A stretch of 64,000 bases of DNA from an uncultured Selenomonadales bacterium (GCA_946408105.1 CAMJQS010000001.1:4077-68076); one strand, 5' to 3'; shown: positions 16,810 through 26,422, counted from the stretch's first letter. The notes: generated from the sequence alone by a model not told the origin. Program-made: numbers and translations.

Positions 16810-17667
16810 TCAAACTCTGATGCCGCCGACTCTGTAGCCCGTGAAGACGACCGAGCCGTTGTCCAAAAAGTGCGAGGAAAGATTTTCGGAAAGAATTTTA
16901 TCGGCGTCTTCGGCTGAAACGACGGGGCAAGAGTTGTCGTCGGAGAGAGCGGCGGCCTTCACGACGAGCGGATTGGAGCCGGCGCGCGACAAATTATTTT
17001 CCGCGACCGTCGACGTTAAGAGCAAAATTTTATTTTCAATCTGTGCGGAATAAGACAGCAGAGAAATTTTTTTCGCGACGGATTTATTTACGGTGAAACC
17101 GACCATGCCGCCCGCGACGAGTTTATCGTAGTCGAGATTGTCGGAAGAGTAGACGGTTTGATTGTCGGCGGAACGAACGACGGGAGCGAGGACGGGCTTC
17201 AAATTAAAATCGCCGCAATCGATGACAAGCCCCGTGTAATTTCCTTTGGCTGCGGAAAAATTTTTCGGCGCAGGAAAATTTTTTTTGGGCGCGGGCTTGA
17301 AAGCAATCGAGGCGACAGAATTTTTGCCGTAGACGGGAAGACCGACCGTGACGACGCACGAGCCGTCGTCTTTAAATTCTTCCGACAAAATTTCCGCGCC
17401 TCTGATGACGGCGTTGACTTTTGCTTGAACGATGTCGCCCGAAACGATTTGCGATTCGATTGTCGTTTCCGCAGTGATGTGCACGCCTTTGATTTGTTCG
17501 GCCAACGAGCGGTAAGCGTCCACGACAGCCGCGCGTCGAGCTTGCTCACCGAAGCCGCTGCCTTGAACGATTATCATATTTTTTTCCCACCAGTCTTGCG
17601 CGAAAGATTGAGCGGGCAAGAGGAGCAACACGAGGAGGATTAAAATTGAACGCAAAAAAATTTTCAT
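16810..17667 (-). CDS. LPP20-like secreted/lipoprotein
   Basis: Signal peptide MKIFLRSILILLVLLLLPAQSFA, then ...ARRAAVVDAYRSLAEQIKGVHITAETTIE... LPP20-type fold signature. Confidence 0.6.
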   Translation of the reverse strand: MKIFLRSILILLVLLLLPAQSFAQDWWEKNMIIVQGSGFGEQARRAAVVDAYRSLAEQIKGVHITAETTIESQIVSGDIVQAKVNAVIRGAEILSEEFKDDGSCVVTVGLPVYGKNSVASIAFKPAPKKNFPAPKNFSAAKGNYTGLVIDCGDFNLKPVLAPVVRSADNQTVYSSDNLDYDKLVAGGMVGFTVNKSVAKKISLLSYSAQIENKILLLTSTVAENNLSRAGSNPLVVKAAALSDDNSCPVVSAEDADKILSENLSSHFLDNGSVVFTGYRVGGIRV

Positions 17668-17680
17668 GACAGCGACCTCC

Positions 17681-18136
17681 TTAAAGGCGAGTGTTCCACA
17701 TAATCAGCGCGTCTTCTCCGTTGTCGAGGTAGTAGCCTTTGCGGCGGCCGACGCTCTTAAGCCCGAAGTTTTTGTAAAGTTTAATGGCGGCCTCGTTGCT
17801 CGGACGAACTTCCAAAGTTATGGCGGTTGCTCCGCGCGCTTTGACGGCTTTAATCAGTTCGCCGAAAAGAATCGTGCCGACGCCTTGCCCGCGAAGTTCG
17901 GGGACGACCGCAACGCTCATCACTTCCGCCTGATTGAACGAAACCCACGCGCCCGCGTAAGCCACAATTTTTCCGTCAAGTTCGCCGACGATGTAAGCAG
18001 CCAATTCGTTTTGTGCTTCGCGCCAAAAATCTTCACGCTTCCACGGCATGGCAAAACTTTTTTCTTCAATCGCGGCGACGGCGTCCGCGTCGTCGGTCGT
18101 CATTGCTCGGAAAGTGAGCCGTGTCGTTTCTCCCAA
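17681..18136 (-). CDS. rimI: Ribosomal-protein-alanine N-acetyltransferase RimI (GNAT)
   Basis: ...AVVPELRGQGVGTILFGELIKAVKARG... acetyl-CoA motif, position after tsaB; TTG start. Confidence 0.8.
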   Translation of the reverse strand: MGETTRLTFRAMTTDDADAVAAIEEKSFAMPWKREDFWREAQNELAAYIVGELDGKIVAYAGAWVSFNQAEVMSVAVVPELRGQGVGTILFGELIKAVKARGATAITLEVRPSNEAAIKLYKNFGLKSVGRRKGYYLDNGEDALIMWNTRL

Positions 18137-18780
18137 AGTTCTTCAGCCTCCGCCCGCCGAATGTACAGCGGCTCCAAATTCATCACGTTGTCAAAAGTTT
18201 TTAAATCCTCCGCGCAAAGTGCAACGCTTGAGGCTCGCGGCATTTTTAAATTTGGCGGGGCAAGTCTGACGTTCGGCGGCAGAGGAATTTTTATTTTGTG
18301 GAGGACGTCTCCGCACAAAAAAATTTCGCCGTCGAGTTCGCCCGCCTCTTTAACGACTTCATCAATCGGTTTGACTTCTAACTTCGACAGCGGCAAAAAA
18401 TTTTCAAACAGCTGACAGTACGCACGATTTTTTTGCGCGTCGATGAGCGGCAAAACTTTTGCGCACGGAAAATTATACGCCAAAGCTCGCAAAGTCGGCA
18501 CGCCGATGATTTTTATTTTCCACGCGTAAGCCAGAGCCTTCGCCGTCGCCAGTCCGATTCGCAAACCCGTGAACGAGCCCGGCCCGATTGAAACCGCGAC
18601 CGCATCCAAATTTTCAAACGCGCCCGAAATTTTTATGACTTCCTCGACTTGCGGCATGAGCGTTTCGGAAAAACTTTGCGGCGATTCGCGCAAACTTTCC
18701 GCAAAAATTTTTCCGTCGAAGACCGCCGCCACGCTCGCCGCCCGCGTCGAAGTTTCAATCGCCAAAATTTTCAAGCTCAA
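18100..18780 (-). CDS. tsaB: tRNA t6A biosynthesis protein TsaB (YeaZ)
   Basis: MSLKILAIETSTRAASVAAVFDGK..., GPGSFTGLRIGLATAKALA; TTG start overlapping tsaE stop (TTGA), RBS AAGGAGGA. Confidence 0.9.
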   Translation of the reverse strand: MSLKILAIETSTRAASVAAVFDGKIFAESLRESPQSFSETLMPQVEEVIKISGAFENLDAVAVSIGPGSFTGLRIGLATAKALAYAWKIKIIGVPTLRALAYNFPCAKVLPLIDAQKNRAYCQLFENFLPLSKLEVKPIDEVVKEAGELDGEIFLCGDVLHKIKIPLPPNVRLAPPNLKMPRASSVALCAEDLKTFDNVMNLEPLYIRRAEAEELWEKRHGSLSEQ

Positions 18781-19271
18781 TCCTCCTTGGTCACGAAGTC
18801 CTCAAGCTCTCTGATAAAATCTTCGTGCTCTTCGCCGACGCAAGAAAAAGTTATCCGCCGCATATTTTTTGCGTCCTTTATCCGTTCGATTTTTATCACG
18901 ACGTAATCTTCGGGCAAGGCCTGCGGAAATTTTTCAGCCCACTCGATGAAAACAATTCCGTCGGGAAAATCTATGTACTCGTAAAAGCCGATGTCTTCGA
19001 GCTCGTCCTCGTTGTGCAGGCGGTACAAATCGAAATGAACAATCGGGCAGAAGCCTTCGTAAACGCTCATCAAGTTAAAAGTCGGGCTGGTGACTTCGCC
19101 TTGAACGCCGAGCGTGCGAGCCATCGCCTGAACGAAAAGAGTTTTGCCCGCGCCCAAGCCGCCTTCCAAACAAATGACCGTGCCTTCGCGCACGCGCTGA
19201 GCAACCTTCGACGCCAATTTTACCGTCCCGTATGGGGACTGGGTTATGTGGGTAAACAAAATTTTATTCAC
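18777..19271 (-). CDS. tsaE: tRNA t6A biosynthesis ATPase TsaE (YjeE)
   Basis: ICLEGGLGAGKTLFVQAMARTLGV...SPTFNLMSVY; exact start uncertain (GTG 19271 abuts GAGGAG; in-frame TTG at 19259). Confidence 0.85.
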   Translation of the reverse strand: MNKILFTHITQSPYGTVKLASKVAQRVREGTVICLEGGLGAGKTLFVQAMARTLGVQGEVTSPTFNLMSVYEGFCPIVHFDLYRLHNEDELEDIGFYEYIDFPDGIVFIEWAEKFPQALPEDYVVIKIERIKDAKNMRRITFSCVGEEHEDFIRELEDFVTKED

Positions 19272-19435
19272 TCCTCAAAAAAATTTTCCGTCCGAAATTT
19301 TATTTTAAGCCCCTCCCGCGCCGGAAGGGGCAAAAATTTTTTAGCGATAAGCGCAGTTTATCAGACGCGAAAAATTTTTTCAACACAGAAACTTTTTTTG
19401 TTGCGCGCGTGTGATAGAATACGCGGAGAAATTTT

Positions 19436-20110
19436 TTGGAGATGATAATTTTGAAAGTCGAAGAAATTTTTTTCCGAGATATGTATCACCAAATTTGTTT
19501 GCTCACGGACGCGGCCTTGGCCGGAAAATTTATCGACATGCTGGAAATGGACGACGAGAAACCCGACGGACTTTTGGCTTACGGTTACATTGATAAGGAC
19601 GCGGGCTTCACGTTCAGCATTTTGGGCGGCGCGAAAACTTCGGGCGGCAAGCTGAAAATTTTTCCGATAAACTACAAAGCGGCGGCTGTCGTTCGGCGCG
19701 GCGCAACTGCCGAGGCCGACGTAAAAATTTTGACGGACGATTACGCGCTGGCCTTCCGCGACCGAATGCAAATGATTAACGACACGTACGCCGTCGACGA
19801 CGCAAGAGAGCAGACGCGCTTCATAAAAAATCTCGACGCCTTCCGCCACCCCGATTATCCCGACGATGTTGTCGTTTATTTTTTCCACGCGGAAGACAAG
19901 CCCGAACTTTTGTGGGTGCGCTGCTTGAGCGTCGACGAAAATATTTTGAAGGGCGAACTTTTGAATGAGCCGACGAAAAATTTTGGCTGTCATGCGGGCG
20001 ACAAAATTAAATTCGGCGTCGCGAAAATCGGCGAGCAAAATATTTTGCTCCACCTGCCGACAACGGCGGGCAACGTGACGTTGCATCCAACGGACGCGCT
20101 TGAGCAATAA
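19436..20110 (+). CDS. Hypothetical protein (224 aa)
   Basis: Ordinary amino-acid composition on the + strand, whereas the antisense ORF is Arg-rich; last ~13 codons lie in a repeat-family copy. Confidence 0.6.
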   Translation: MEMIILKVEEIFFRDMYHQICLLTDAALAGKFIDMLEMDDEKPDGLLAYGYIDKDAGFTFSILGGAKTSGGKLKIFPINYKAAAVVRRGATAEADVKILTDDYALAFRDRMQMINDTYAVDDAREQTRFIKNLDAFRHPDYPDDVVVYFFHAEDKPELLWVRCLSVDENILKGELLNEPTKNFGCHAGDKIKFGVAKIGEQNILLHLPTTAGNVTLHPTDALEQ

Positions 20111-20144
20111 AAAATTTTCAGCGAATTTGCCGCGCTCAAACGTT
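20070..20144. repeat. Repeat-family copy A (palindrome GCAACGTGACGTTGC plus ~60-bp tail), inverted relative to copies B and C
   Basis: Aligns by eye with reverse complements of 25263..25337 and 31230..31304. Confidence 0.85.
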
Positions 20145-20171
20145 ATAAAAATTTTTCACGGAGGTAATTTT

Positions 20172-21725
20172 TTGCATAAAAAGCACGCGATAATTATCGG
20201 CGCGGGTCCCGCAGGATTGACGGCCGCTTACTACCTGGCGAAGGACACGAACATCAAGCCGATTGTTTTGGAGAAAGAAAAATTTGTCGGCGGAATTTCT
20301 CGAACGATGAACTTCAACGGCAACCGCATGGACGTCGGCGGCCACAGATTTTTTTCCAAGAACGCCGAAGTCGTCAGGCTGTGGAACGAACTTTTGCCCG
20401 CGCAAGGTGCGCCCGCCCTCGACGATAAAATTTTGCAGCGCGAATCTGTTTTGACGGAAGGCGGCGCGAATCCCGAAGAGGTCGACGAAGTTTTTTTGAA
20501 TCGGCGGCGCGTGTCGAGAATTTTTTATCGGAAAAAATTTTTTTCCTATCCGATTTCGTTGAGCTTGGAGACGATTAAAAATCTCGGACTCGGCGAAATG
20601 TTTTCTATCGGCACGAGTTTTTTAAAAGCAAAATTTTCTCAGCGCGACGAAAAAACTTTGGAAGACTTCATGATTAATCGCTTCGGCCAAAAACTTTACG
20701 AAACTTTTTTCCGCGACTACACGACAAAAGTTTGGGGACGCACGCCAAAAGAAATCGGCGCGGACTGGGGCGCGCAACGAATCAAAGGACTTTCGCTCGG
20801 CAAAACCGTTTTGGATTTTTTCAAAAAAACTTTCGGCTCCAAAGACGGCGCGGGCGAAACTTCTCTGATTGAAAGATTTTTTTATCCGAAGTTCGGCCCC
20901 GGCCAGCTGTGGGAAAAAATGTCCGACGAGATAAAAAAAATGGGCGGCGAGGTTCTCACTTCCGCCAACGTAAAAAGTTTTCGCGTCGTCGACGGCGTTG
21001 TAAAGTTTGCGCGTGTCGAATCGCCCGCCGGTCTTTTGACTTTTCCCGCCGATTATTTTTTGTCGACCATGCCGCTTTCCGAATTGGCGGACGCTCTCGA
21101 CGACGGCTTGAATCTTCGACAGCTGACGATTGCTCGCGGCCTGCCCTATCGTGACTTCATAACCGTCGGGCTGCTCGTCGACAAACTTTTGCTCAAGAAT
21201 CAAACGAAAATTAAAACGCTCGGCAATATCGTTCCCGACTGTTGGATTTACATTCAAGAGCCGTCCGTTAAACTCGGCCGCCTGCAAATTTTTAACAACT
21301 GGTCGCCGTACATGGTTGCCGACCCGAAAAATTCTGTGTGGCTCGGTCTGGAATATTTTTGCAACGAAGGCGACGACCTCTGGCAGATGAGCGACGACGA
21401 TTTTATAAAATTCGCCGCGGACGAGCTCGCCTCGATTGGGATTATCGACGCGGCCGACGTTCGCTTGGGCGTGCGCGCGAAAGTTCCCAAAGCTTACCCC
21501 GCGTACTTCGACACCTACGAAAATATTTCCGAGTTGCGCGACGCGCTCGACGCGATAAAAAATCTTTACTGCATCGGGCGCAACGGTCAGCACCGCTACA
21601 ACAACATGGATCACAGCATGTTGACGGCGATTGCCGCGGTCTGCGCGATTGTCGGGAAATTTCCGAAGGCGGACGTCTGGAAAGTCAACGCGGAAAAAAT
21701 TTATCACGAGGAAAAAAATGACTAA
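20172..21725 (+). CDS. FAD/NAD(P)-binding oxidoreductase (amine-oxidase/UDP-galactopyranose-mutase-like)
   Basis: HAIIIGAGPAGLTAAYYLAK...VLEKEKFVGGISRT dinucleotide fold; TTG start 7 nt after GGAGG. Confidence 0.75.
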   Translation: MHKKHAIIIGAGPAGLTAAYYLAKDTNIKPIVLEKEKFVGGISRTMNFNGNRMDVGGHRFFSKNAEVVRLWNELLPAQGAPALDDKILQRESVLTEGGANPEEVDEVFLNRRRVSRIFYRKKFFSYPISLSLETIKNLGLGEMFSIGTSFLKAKFSQRDEKTLEDFMINRFGQKLYETFFRDYTTKVWGRTPKEIGADWGAQRIKGLSLGKTVLDFFKKTFGSKDGAGETSLIERFFYPKFGPGQLWEKMSDEIKKMGGEVLTSANVKSFRVVDGVVKFARVESPAGLLTFPADYFLSTMPLSELADALDDGLNLRQLTIARGLPYRDFITVGLLVDKLLLKNQTKIKTLGNIVPDCWIYIQEPSVKLGRLQIFNNWSPYMVADPKNSVWLGLEYFCNEGDDLWQMSDDDFIKFAADELASIGIIDAADVRLGVRAKVPKAYPAYFDTYENISELRDALDAIKNLYCIGRNGQHRYNNMDHSMLTAIAAVCAIVGKFPKADVWKVNAEKIYHEEKND

Positions 21726-23340
21726 AAAATTTTTGTTGCCTGTCCAAATAATTTTCTTGTCGGCCGGCGTGATTTATTGGCAAGTTTTTTTCAAGTTCGT
21801 CGAAGAGGCGGACGTGCGCTTCGTCATGAATTTGGGAAAATATATTTTGGAGCACGGCTTCCCGCACGTCGACCCGTTCACGATTCACGAAAATTTACAA
21901 CTCGTGGCGCAGCAGTGGTTAAGCGGAATTTTGTTTTGGGAGGCGTACAAAAATTTCGGCGTCAACGGACTTTTAATCGTCGATATGATTTTCGGGGCGG
22001 CGACGGTTTTAATTTTTTGGCGGCTGTGTCTTTTCGTCAGCAACGGAAATAAAATTTTGTCGTTCGTGTTGAGTTTCGCGGCGGGGCTCCTCTACTCGAT
22101 GATGGTCGTGCCGCGCCCGCACATCATTTCGGCGACGTTGCTTTTGACGGAAGTTTTTTTCTTGGAAAAGTTCACGCGCACCGAAGACGCAAAATTTTTA
22201 ATCCCGCTGCCCGTGTTGAGCGTCGCGCTGATAAATTTTCACGCGGCCATGTGGCTGATGTCGTTGGTCGTTTGCTTGCCGTTCCTTTTCGTGAAAAATT
22301 TTCGCCACATAAAATTTTTGCTCGCCGCCATGCTCGGAATTTTTTTCTGCGGATTTTTAAATCCTTACGGCCTCGACGCGATGACTTACGTTTTGCGCTC
22401 TTACGGTGTCGCTTCGATTAATGCGAACATTCCCGAAATGTTCACGCCGAGTGCACACGGCTTGCAGGGAAAATGTTTTTACGTCGTCGAAACGTTTTTG
22501 ATTTTTTCTTTGGCGCGCGCAAAAAAAATTCCGTGGCGATATATTTTTTTGAGCGGCGGAATAACTTTCATGACGATAATGCACGGGCGCAATTTGGTTC
22601 TGTTTTACTTCCTGGCGACGTTCCCGCTTGCTTACGTGTGGAGAGAATTCACCGCGGAAAAAATTAAACTCGACAAAAAATTTTTGACGGGAATATTTTT
22701 TCTGTTCGTCGCCGCGAATACTTTAATGGTCGTGACCGTCCTGCAAGAAGGTCTCGAAAAAATTTCTGCGCCGTTGGAAATTTTATTTTTTGCGGCGGTG
22801 CTCTTCATGCTGTATGTTTTGCTCGTGCTGAAGGCCGACGGAAGAATTTTTCACCCGACGATTCTCCCGCGAAAAATTTTGTCGTTGCTTGCCACGCTGT
22901 TTGTCGTCAGCGGAATTTTTTTGATGACGATTGCCGCCGACCAAACCAAGCCCGCTCACACCTACACCGACGCGATAAAATTTTTGCTCCGCACCGAACG
23001 CCCCGAAAATATTTCGCTTTACGCTCATCAAGGTATCGGCGGGCTGGCCGGCAGCTTCGGGATAAAATATTATATCGATTCGCGCTCCGAAGTTTTTATT
23101 AAAGAAAACAACGGCCGCAAAAATATTTTCCAAGAGTATTTGGACTTCAAGGACGGCAAAATAAACTACAAAGATTTTTTCGGCCGCTACAACTTCACGC
23201 ACATAATCTTGACGAACGAGGATCCGTTCCTTTTCGATGAGCTGTCGAACGACAAAAATTTTCGCGTGATTTACGAGAGCGAACGCGTCGACGGTTCAAA
23301 CGTTATCCGTTGCAAAGTTTTTGTTCCAAAGAAGGATTGA
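21718..23340 (+). CDS. Large polytopic membrane protein (GT-C/ArnT-like glycosyltransferase suspected)
   Basis: 540 aa, >10 hydrophobic segments; ATG overlaps upstream stop (ATGACTAA). Confidence 0.65.
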   Translation: MTKKFLLPVQIIFLSAGVIYWQVFFKFVEEADVRFVMNLGKYILEHGFPHVDPFTIHENLQLVAQQWLSGILFWEAYKNFGVNGLLIVDMIFGAATVLIFWRLCLFVSNGNKILSFVLSFAAGLLYSMMVVPRPHIISATLLLTEVFFLEKFTRTEDAKFLIPLPVLSVALINFHAAMWLMSLVVCLPFLFVKNFRHIKFLLAAMLGIFFCGFLNPYGLDAMTYVLRSYGVASINANIPEMFTPSAHGLQGKCFYVVETFLIFSLARAKKIPWRYIFLSGGITFMTIMHGRNLVLFYFLATFPLAYVWREFTAEKIKLDKKFLTGIFFLFVAANTLMVVTVLQEGLEKISAPLEILFFAAVLFMLYVLLVLKADGRIFHPTILPRKILSLLATLFVVSGIFLMTIAADQTKPAHTYTDAIKFLLRTERPENISLYAHQGIGGLAGSFGIKYYIDSRSEVFIKENNGRKNIFQEYLDFKDGKINYKDFFGRYNFTHIILTNEDPFLFDELSNDKNFRVIYESERVDGSNVIRCKVFVPKKD

Positions 23341-23341
23341 C

Positions 23342-24451
23342 ATGTTCAAAAAAATTTTGGTGCTGATGATTTTTTTTCTGATGAGCCGAGCCGAGGCGGG
23401 AACTTGGTCGCCCGAATTGCGCGTGGGTTTGATGAGCGACGTTAAGCAAGTCACGTTGGAAGTCTCTGCGCCTTGCGTGATGATTAACGCCGCAAAAGGC
23501 AACGTCGTGAAAAAAATTCCCGCGGGCGAAAAATTTATCGTCGCCTTCAACGAATTAAAATTCAACGCGATTGAAATTCGCCCCGAAAAAATTTCGCTGA
23601 ACGATTTGCGCACGACGATTGACGGCAAAGAATATTACGGCGGCGTGACCGCCAACAAAGAAAAAAATTCTTTGACAATTATAAATCTCGTGCCGATTGA
23701 AGAATATTTGCGCGGCGTGGTGTCGAAGGAAATGTCTCCGTCGTATCCTTTGGAGGCTTTGAAAGCTCAAACGGTGGCGGCTCGTTCGTTCGCGCTGAAA
23801 AATCGCGGGCGGCACGTCAAAGACGGCTACGACGTTTGCGCCTCGACTCACTGCCAAGTTTATATCGGCGTCGCGAAATTTGATTCGGTTGACAAAGCGG
23901 TCGACGAGACGCGCGGCGAAGTTTTGGTTTACAAAGAAAAATTAATCGACACGAACTTTCACGCGGACAGCGGCGGCATGACCGAGGACGTCGGAGACGT
24001 TTGGGGAACAGCCACGCCGTATCTTGTTGCCGTCCGAGAAATTGTTCAGCTTACCGCGCAGCCGTGGACAGTCAAAGTTACCGCGAAAGATTTTTCTTCA
24101 CGCTTCGGAGAAAATTTCGGCGACGTTAAAGAAATTAAGTTGAGCAAGCTGACCGTGGGCAAACCCGCCAACGACAGAACGTCTTCCGGCCGCGTGAAGT
24201 CCGCGCAACTCGTCGGCACGAAAAAAACCGTGACGATTACCGGTAATGACTTGCGCAGAAAATTTTCTTTGCCGAGCACGCTGTTTGATATGAGTTTCGA
24301 CGGCAACGAAATTATTTTTACGGGCTTCGGTCGCGGGCACGGCGTCGGCATGAGCCAAGTCGGCGCGAGAGATTACGCGGGCAGCGGCTGGTCTTACGAA
24401 AAAATTTTGGCGCACTACTACAACGGCTCGAAGCTAAAAAAACTTTACTGA
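23342..24451 (+). CDS. SpoIID/LytB-domain protein
   Basis: Signal peptide, EEYLRGVVSKEMSPSYPLEALKAQTVAARSFAL...CASTHCQVY...NFHADSGGMTEDV. Confidence 0.85.
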   Translation: MFKKILVLMIFFLMSRAEAGTWSPELRVGLMSDVKQVTLEVSAPCVMINAAKGNVVKKIPAGEKFIVAFNELKFNAIEIRPEKISLNDLRTTIDGKEYYGGVTANKEKNSLTIINLVPIEEYLRGVVSKEMSPSYPLEALKAQTVAARSFALKNRGRHVKDGYDVCASTHCQVYIGVAKFDSVDKAVDETRGEVLVYKEKLIDTNFHADSGGMTEDVGDVWGTATPYLVAVREIVQLTAQPWTVKVTAKDFSSRFGENFGDVKEIKLSKLTVGKPANDRTSSGRVKSAQLVGTKKTVTITGNDLRRKFSLPSTLFDMSFDGNEIIFTGFGRGHGVGMSQVGARDYAGSGWSYEKILAHYYNGSKLKKLY

Positions 24452-24461
24452 GGTGAGTGTC

Positions 24462-25259
24462 ATGAAAAAATTTTTCCTGATAATTTTCGTCGCGATTTTC
24501 TTTCTGCCGCTCGGAAAACTTGAGGCGGGACACTTGGAAGATATTTCTTCGCGCGGAACAATCCGAATCGGCACGACGGGCGATTATATCCCGATGTCTT
24601 ATCTCAACCCCGCGACGGGCGAGTACGAGGGAATCGACGCGGAACTTTCAAAAATTATCGCGGCGTCTTTGGGCGTGAAGATTGAATACGTTCCGACGAC
24701 GTGGCCGACGCTCTCCGCCGATTGTCAAGCCAACAAGTTCGACATTGCGCTTTGCGGTATCTCCAGAAATTTTGCGCGGGCGAAGACAATGGCGATGAGC
24801 GACGCTTACGGCGAAGGGCTCTTCGGCAAAACAATTCTCTGCCGCAAGACCGACGCAAAAAAATTTAAAAGCGTTGCCGACCTGAACAAGCCGACCGTCC
24901 GAATCATGATTAACCCCGGCGGCACGAACGAAAAATTTGCCCGCGCCAATCTTCCGAACGCAAAACTTATCGTCCACGAATCCAACGCAGACATCCCGAT
25001 TCAAATCGCCGAGGGCAACGCCGACATCATGATAACAGAGACCGTCGAGGCTGTCAGTTGGGTTAAGCGCGAACCGAGGCTTGCCGCGCCGCTCGTCGAC
25101 AAACCTTTCGAGGGCACGAAACATTCTTGCGGAATTTTGTTGCAGAAGGGCGACCAAGAATTTTTAAACTACGTGAATTTTGTTTTGGCGGAGCTGCGTA
25201 TGAACGGCACGCTTGAAAAGTTGGAAATAAAATATTTGGGACGCAAGCCGGCAAAATAA
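24462..25259 (+). CDS. Periplasmic substrate-binding protein, family 3 (amino-acid/cyclohexadienyl-dehydratase-like)
   Basis: Signal peptide, GTIRIGTTGDYIPMSYLN...GIDAELSKIIAASLGVKIEYVPTTW. Confidence 0.75.
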   Translation: MKKFFLIIFVAIFFLPLGKLEAGHLEDISSRGTIRIGTTGDYIPMSYLNPATGEYEGIDAELSKIIAASLGVKIEYVPTTWPTLSADCQANKFDIALCGISRNFARAKTMAMSDAYGEGLFGKTILCRKTDAKKFKSVADLNKPTVRIMINPGGTNEKFARANLPNAKLIVHESNADIPIQIAEGNADIMITETVEAVSWVKREPRLAAPLVDKPFEGTKHSCGILLQKGDQEFLNYVNFVLAELRMNGTLEKLEIKYLGRKPAK

Positions 25260-25383
25260 TCGACAACATTTAAACGCGGCGAGCGGCTGAAAATTTTTAC
25301 GGCTCAAGCGCGTTCATTGGATGCAACGTCACGTTGCCGGCACGCTTGAGAAATTGGAAACAAAATATTTGGGAAGGAAACCG
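25205..25383. repeat. Gene-boundary cassette B: 87-bp insert (25251..25337) flanked by a 46-bp direct repeat with 6 mismatches (25205..25250 and 25338..25383)
   Basis: cggcacgcttgaaaagttggaaataaaatatttgggacgcaagccg versus cggcacgcttgagaaattggaaacaaaatatttgggaaggaaaccg; insert ends in GCAACGTCACGTTGC (25323..25337). Confidence 0.9.
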
Positions 25384-25384
25384 A

Positions 25385-26413
25385 ATGCTTCTAAGCGACT
25401 TTGATTACGAATTGCCCGAAGAGTTAATCGCGCAACGACCGATTGAGCCGAGAAATTTTTCGCGGCTGATGGTGCTCGACCCTTCGCGGCGAACGATTCA
25501 ACACGAACACTTTTACGACTTGCAAAAATTTTTGACGGCGGGCGACACGCTCATCTTCAACGACACGCGAGTAATTCCCGCACGGCTAATCGGGCACAAG
25601 GCTACGGGCGCGCGCGCAGAAATTTTTTTGCTGCGACGCCTGGACGCCGTGACGTGGGAAACTTTAGTCAAGCCCGGCAGGAAAATCGCGGAAGGCGCAG
25701 AAATTTTTTTTGGCGACGAACTAAGCTGCAAAGTCGTCGGGCGTACAAATTTTGGCGGGCGCGTCGTGGAGTTTAAATTCAACGGCGTCTTTGAAGAAAT
25801 TCTCGACCTCCTCGGCGAAACTCCTTTGCCGCCCTACATCCACGAAAAGCTCGACGACAGCGAACGCTATCAAACCGTTTACAACCGCGAGAGAGGCTCG
25901 GCGGCCGCACCGACTGCGGGGCTTCACTTCACGGCGGAACAAATGCGCGAGCTAAAAAATTTCGGCGTGAACCTCGGCTTCGTGACGTTGCATGTCGGGC
26001 TGGGAACTTTCCGCCCCGTGCAAGTCGAAACGATTGAGCAACACGAAATGCATGAAGAATTTTTTTCCGTGCCGCAGGAGACCGCAGACTTGATTCGCGA
26101 GACAAAAGCGCGCGGGAAAAAAATTGTCGCGGTGGGTACGACTTCAGTCCGAACGCTGGAGGCAGCCGCGCTCGATAAAAAATCTGTGGCAGTCGGCTCA
26201 AGCTCGACGAAAATTTTTATTTATCCCGGCCGCGAATTTAAAATCGTCGACGCGCTGATAACAAACTTTCACCTGCCGAAGTCGACGTTGCTGATGTTGG
26301 TCAGCGCGTTCGCGGGACGAGAATTTATTTTGCAAGCTTATCGCGAGGCGGTCGAACAGCGTTATCGATTCTTTTCTTTCGGCGACGCAATGTTTATCAC
26401 ACACAAAGCTTGA
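25385..26413 (+). CDS. queA: S-adenosylmethionine:tRNA ribosyltransferase-isomerase
   Basis: MLLSDFDYELPEELIAQRPIEPR canonical QueA start, 342 aa. Confidence 0.95.
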   Translation: MLLSDFDYELPEELIAQRPIEPRNFSRLMVLDPSRRTIQHEHFYDLQKFLTAGDTLIFNDTRVIPARLIGHKATGARAEIFLLRRLDAVTWETLVKPGRKIAEGAEIFFGDELSCKVVGRTNFGGRVVEFKFNGVFEEILDLLGETPLPPYIHEKLDDSERYQTVYNRERGSAAAPTAGLHFTAEQMRELKNFGVNLGFVTLHVGLGTFRPVQVETIEQHEMHEEFFSVPQETADLIRETKARGKKIVAVGTTSVRTLEAAALDKKSVAVGSSSTKIFIYPGREFKIVDALITNFHLPKSTLLMLVSAFAGREFILQAYREAVEQRYRFFSFGDAMFITHKA

Positions 26414-26422
26414 AAATTTTAG

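Noticed and set aside
19361-21707. Long antisense ORFs 19361..20107 and 20622..21707
   Set aside because: Both are Arg-rich shadows of plus-strand genes that have recognisable motifs (the FAD-binding fold) or normal composition. They have no RBS and no recognisable domains.
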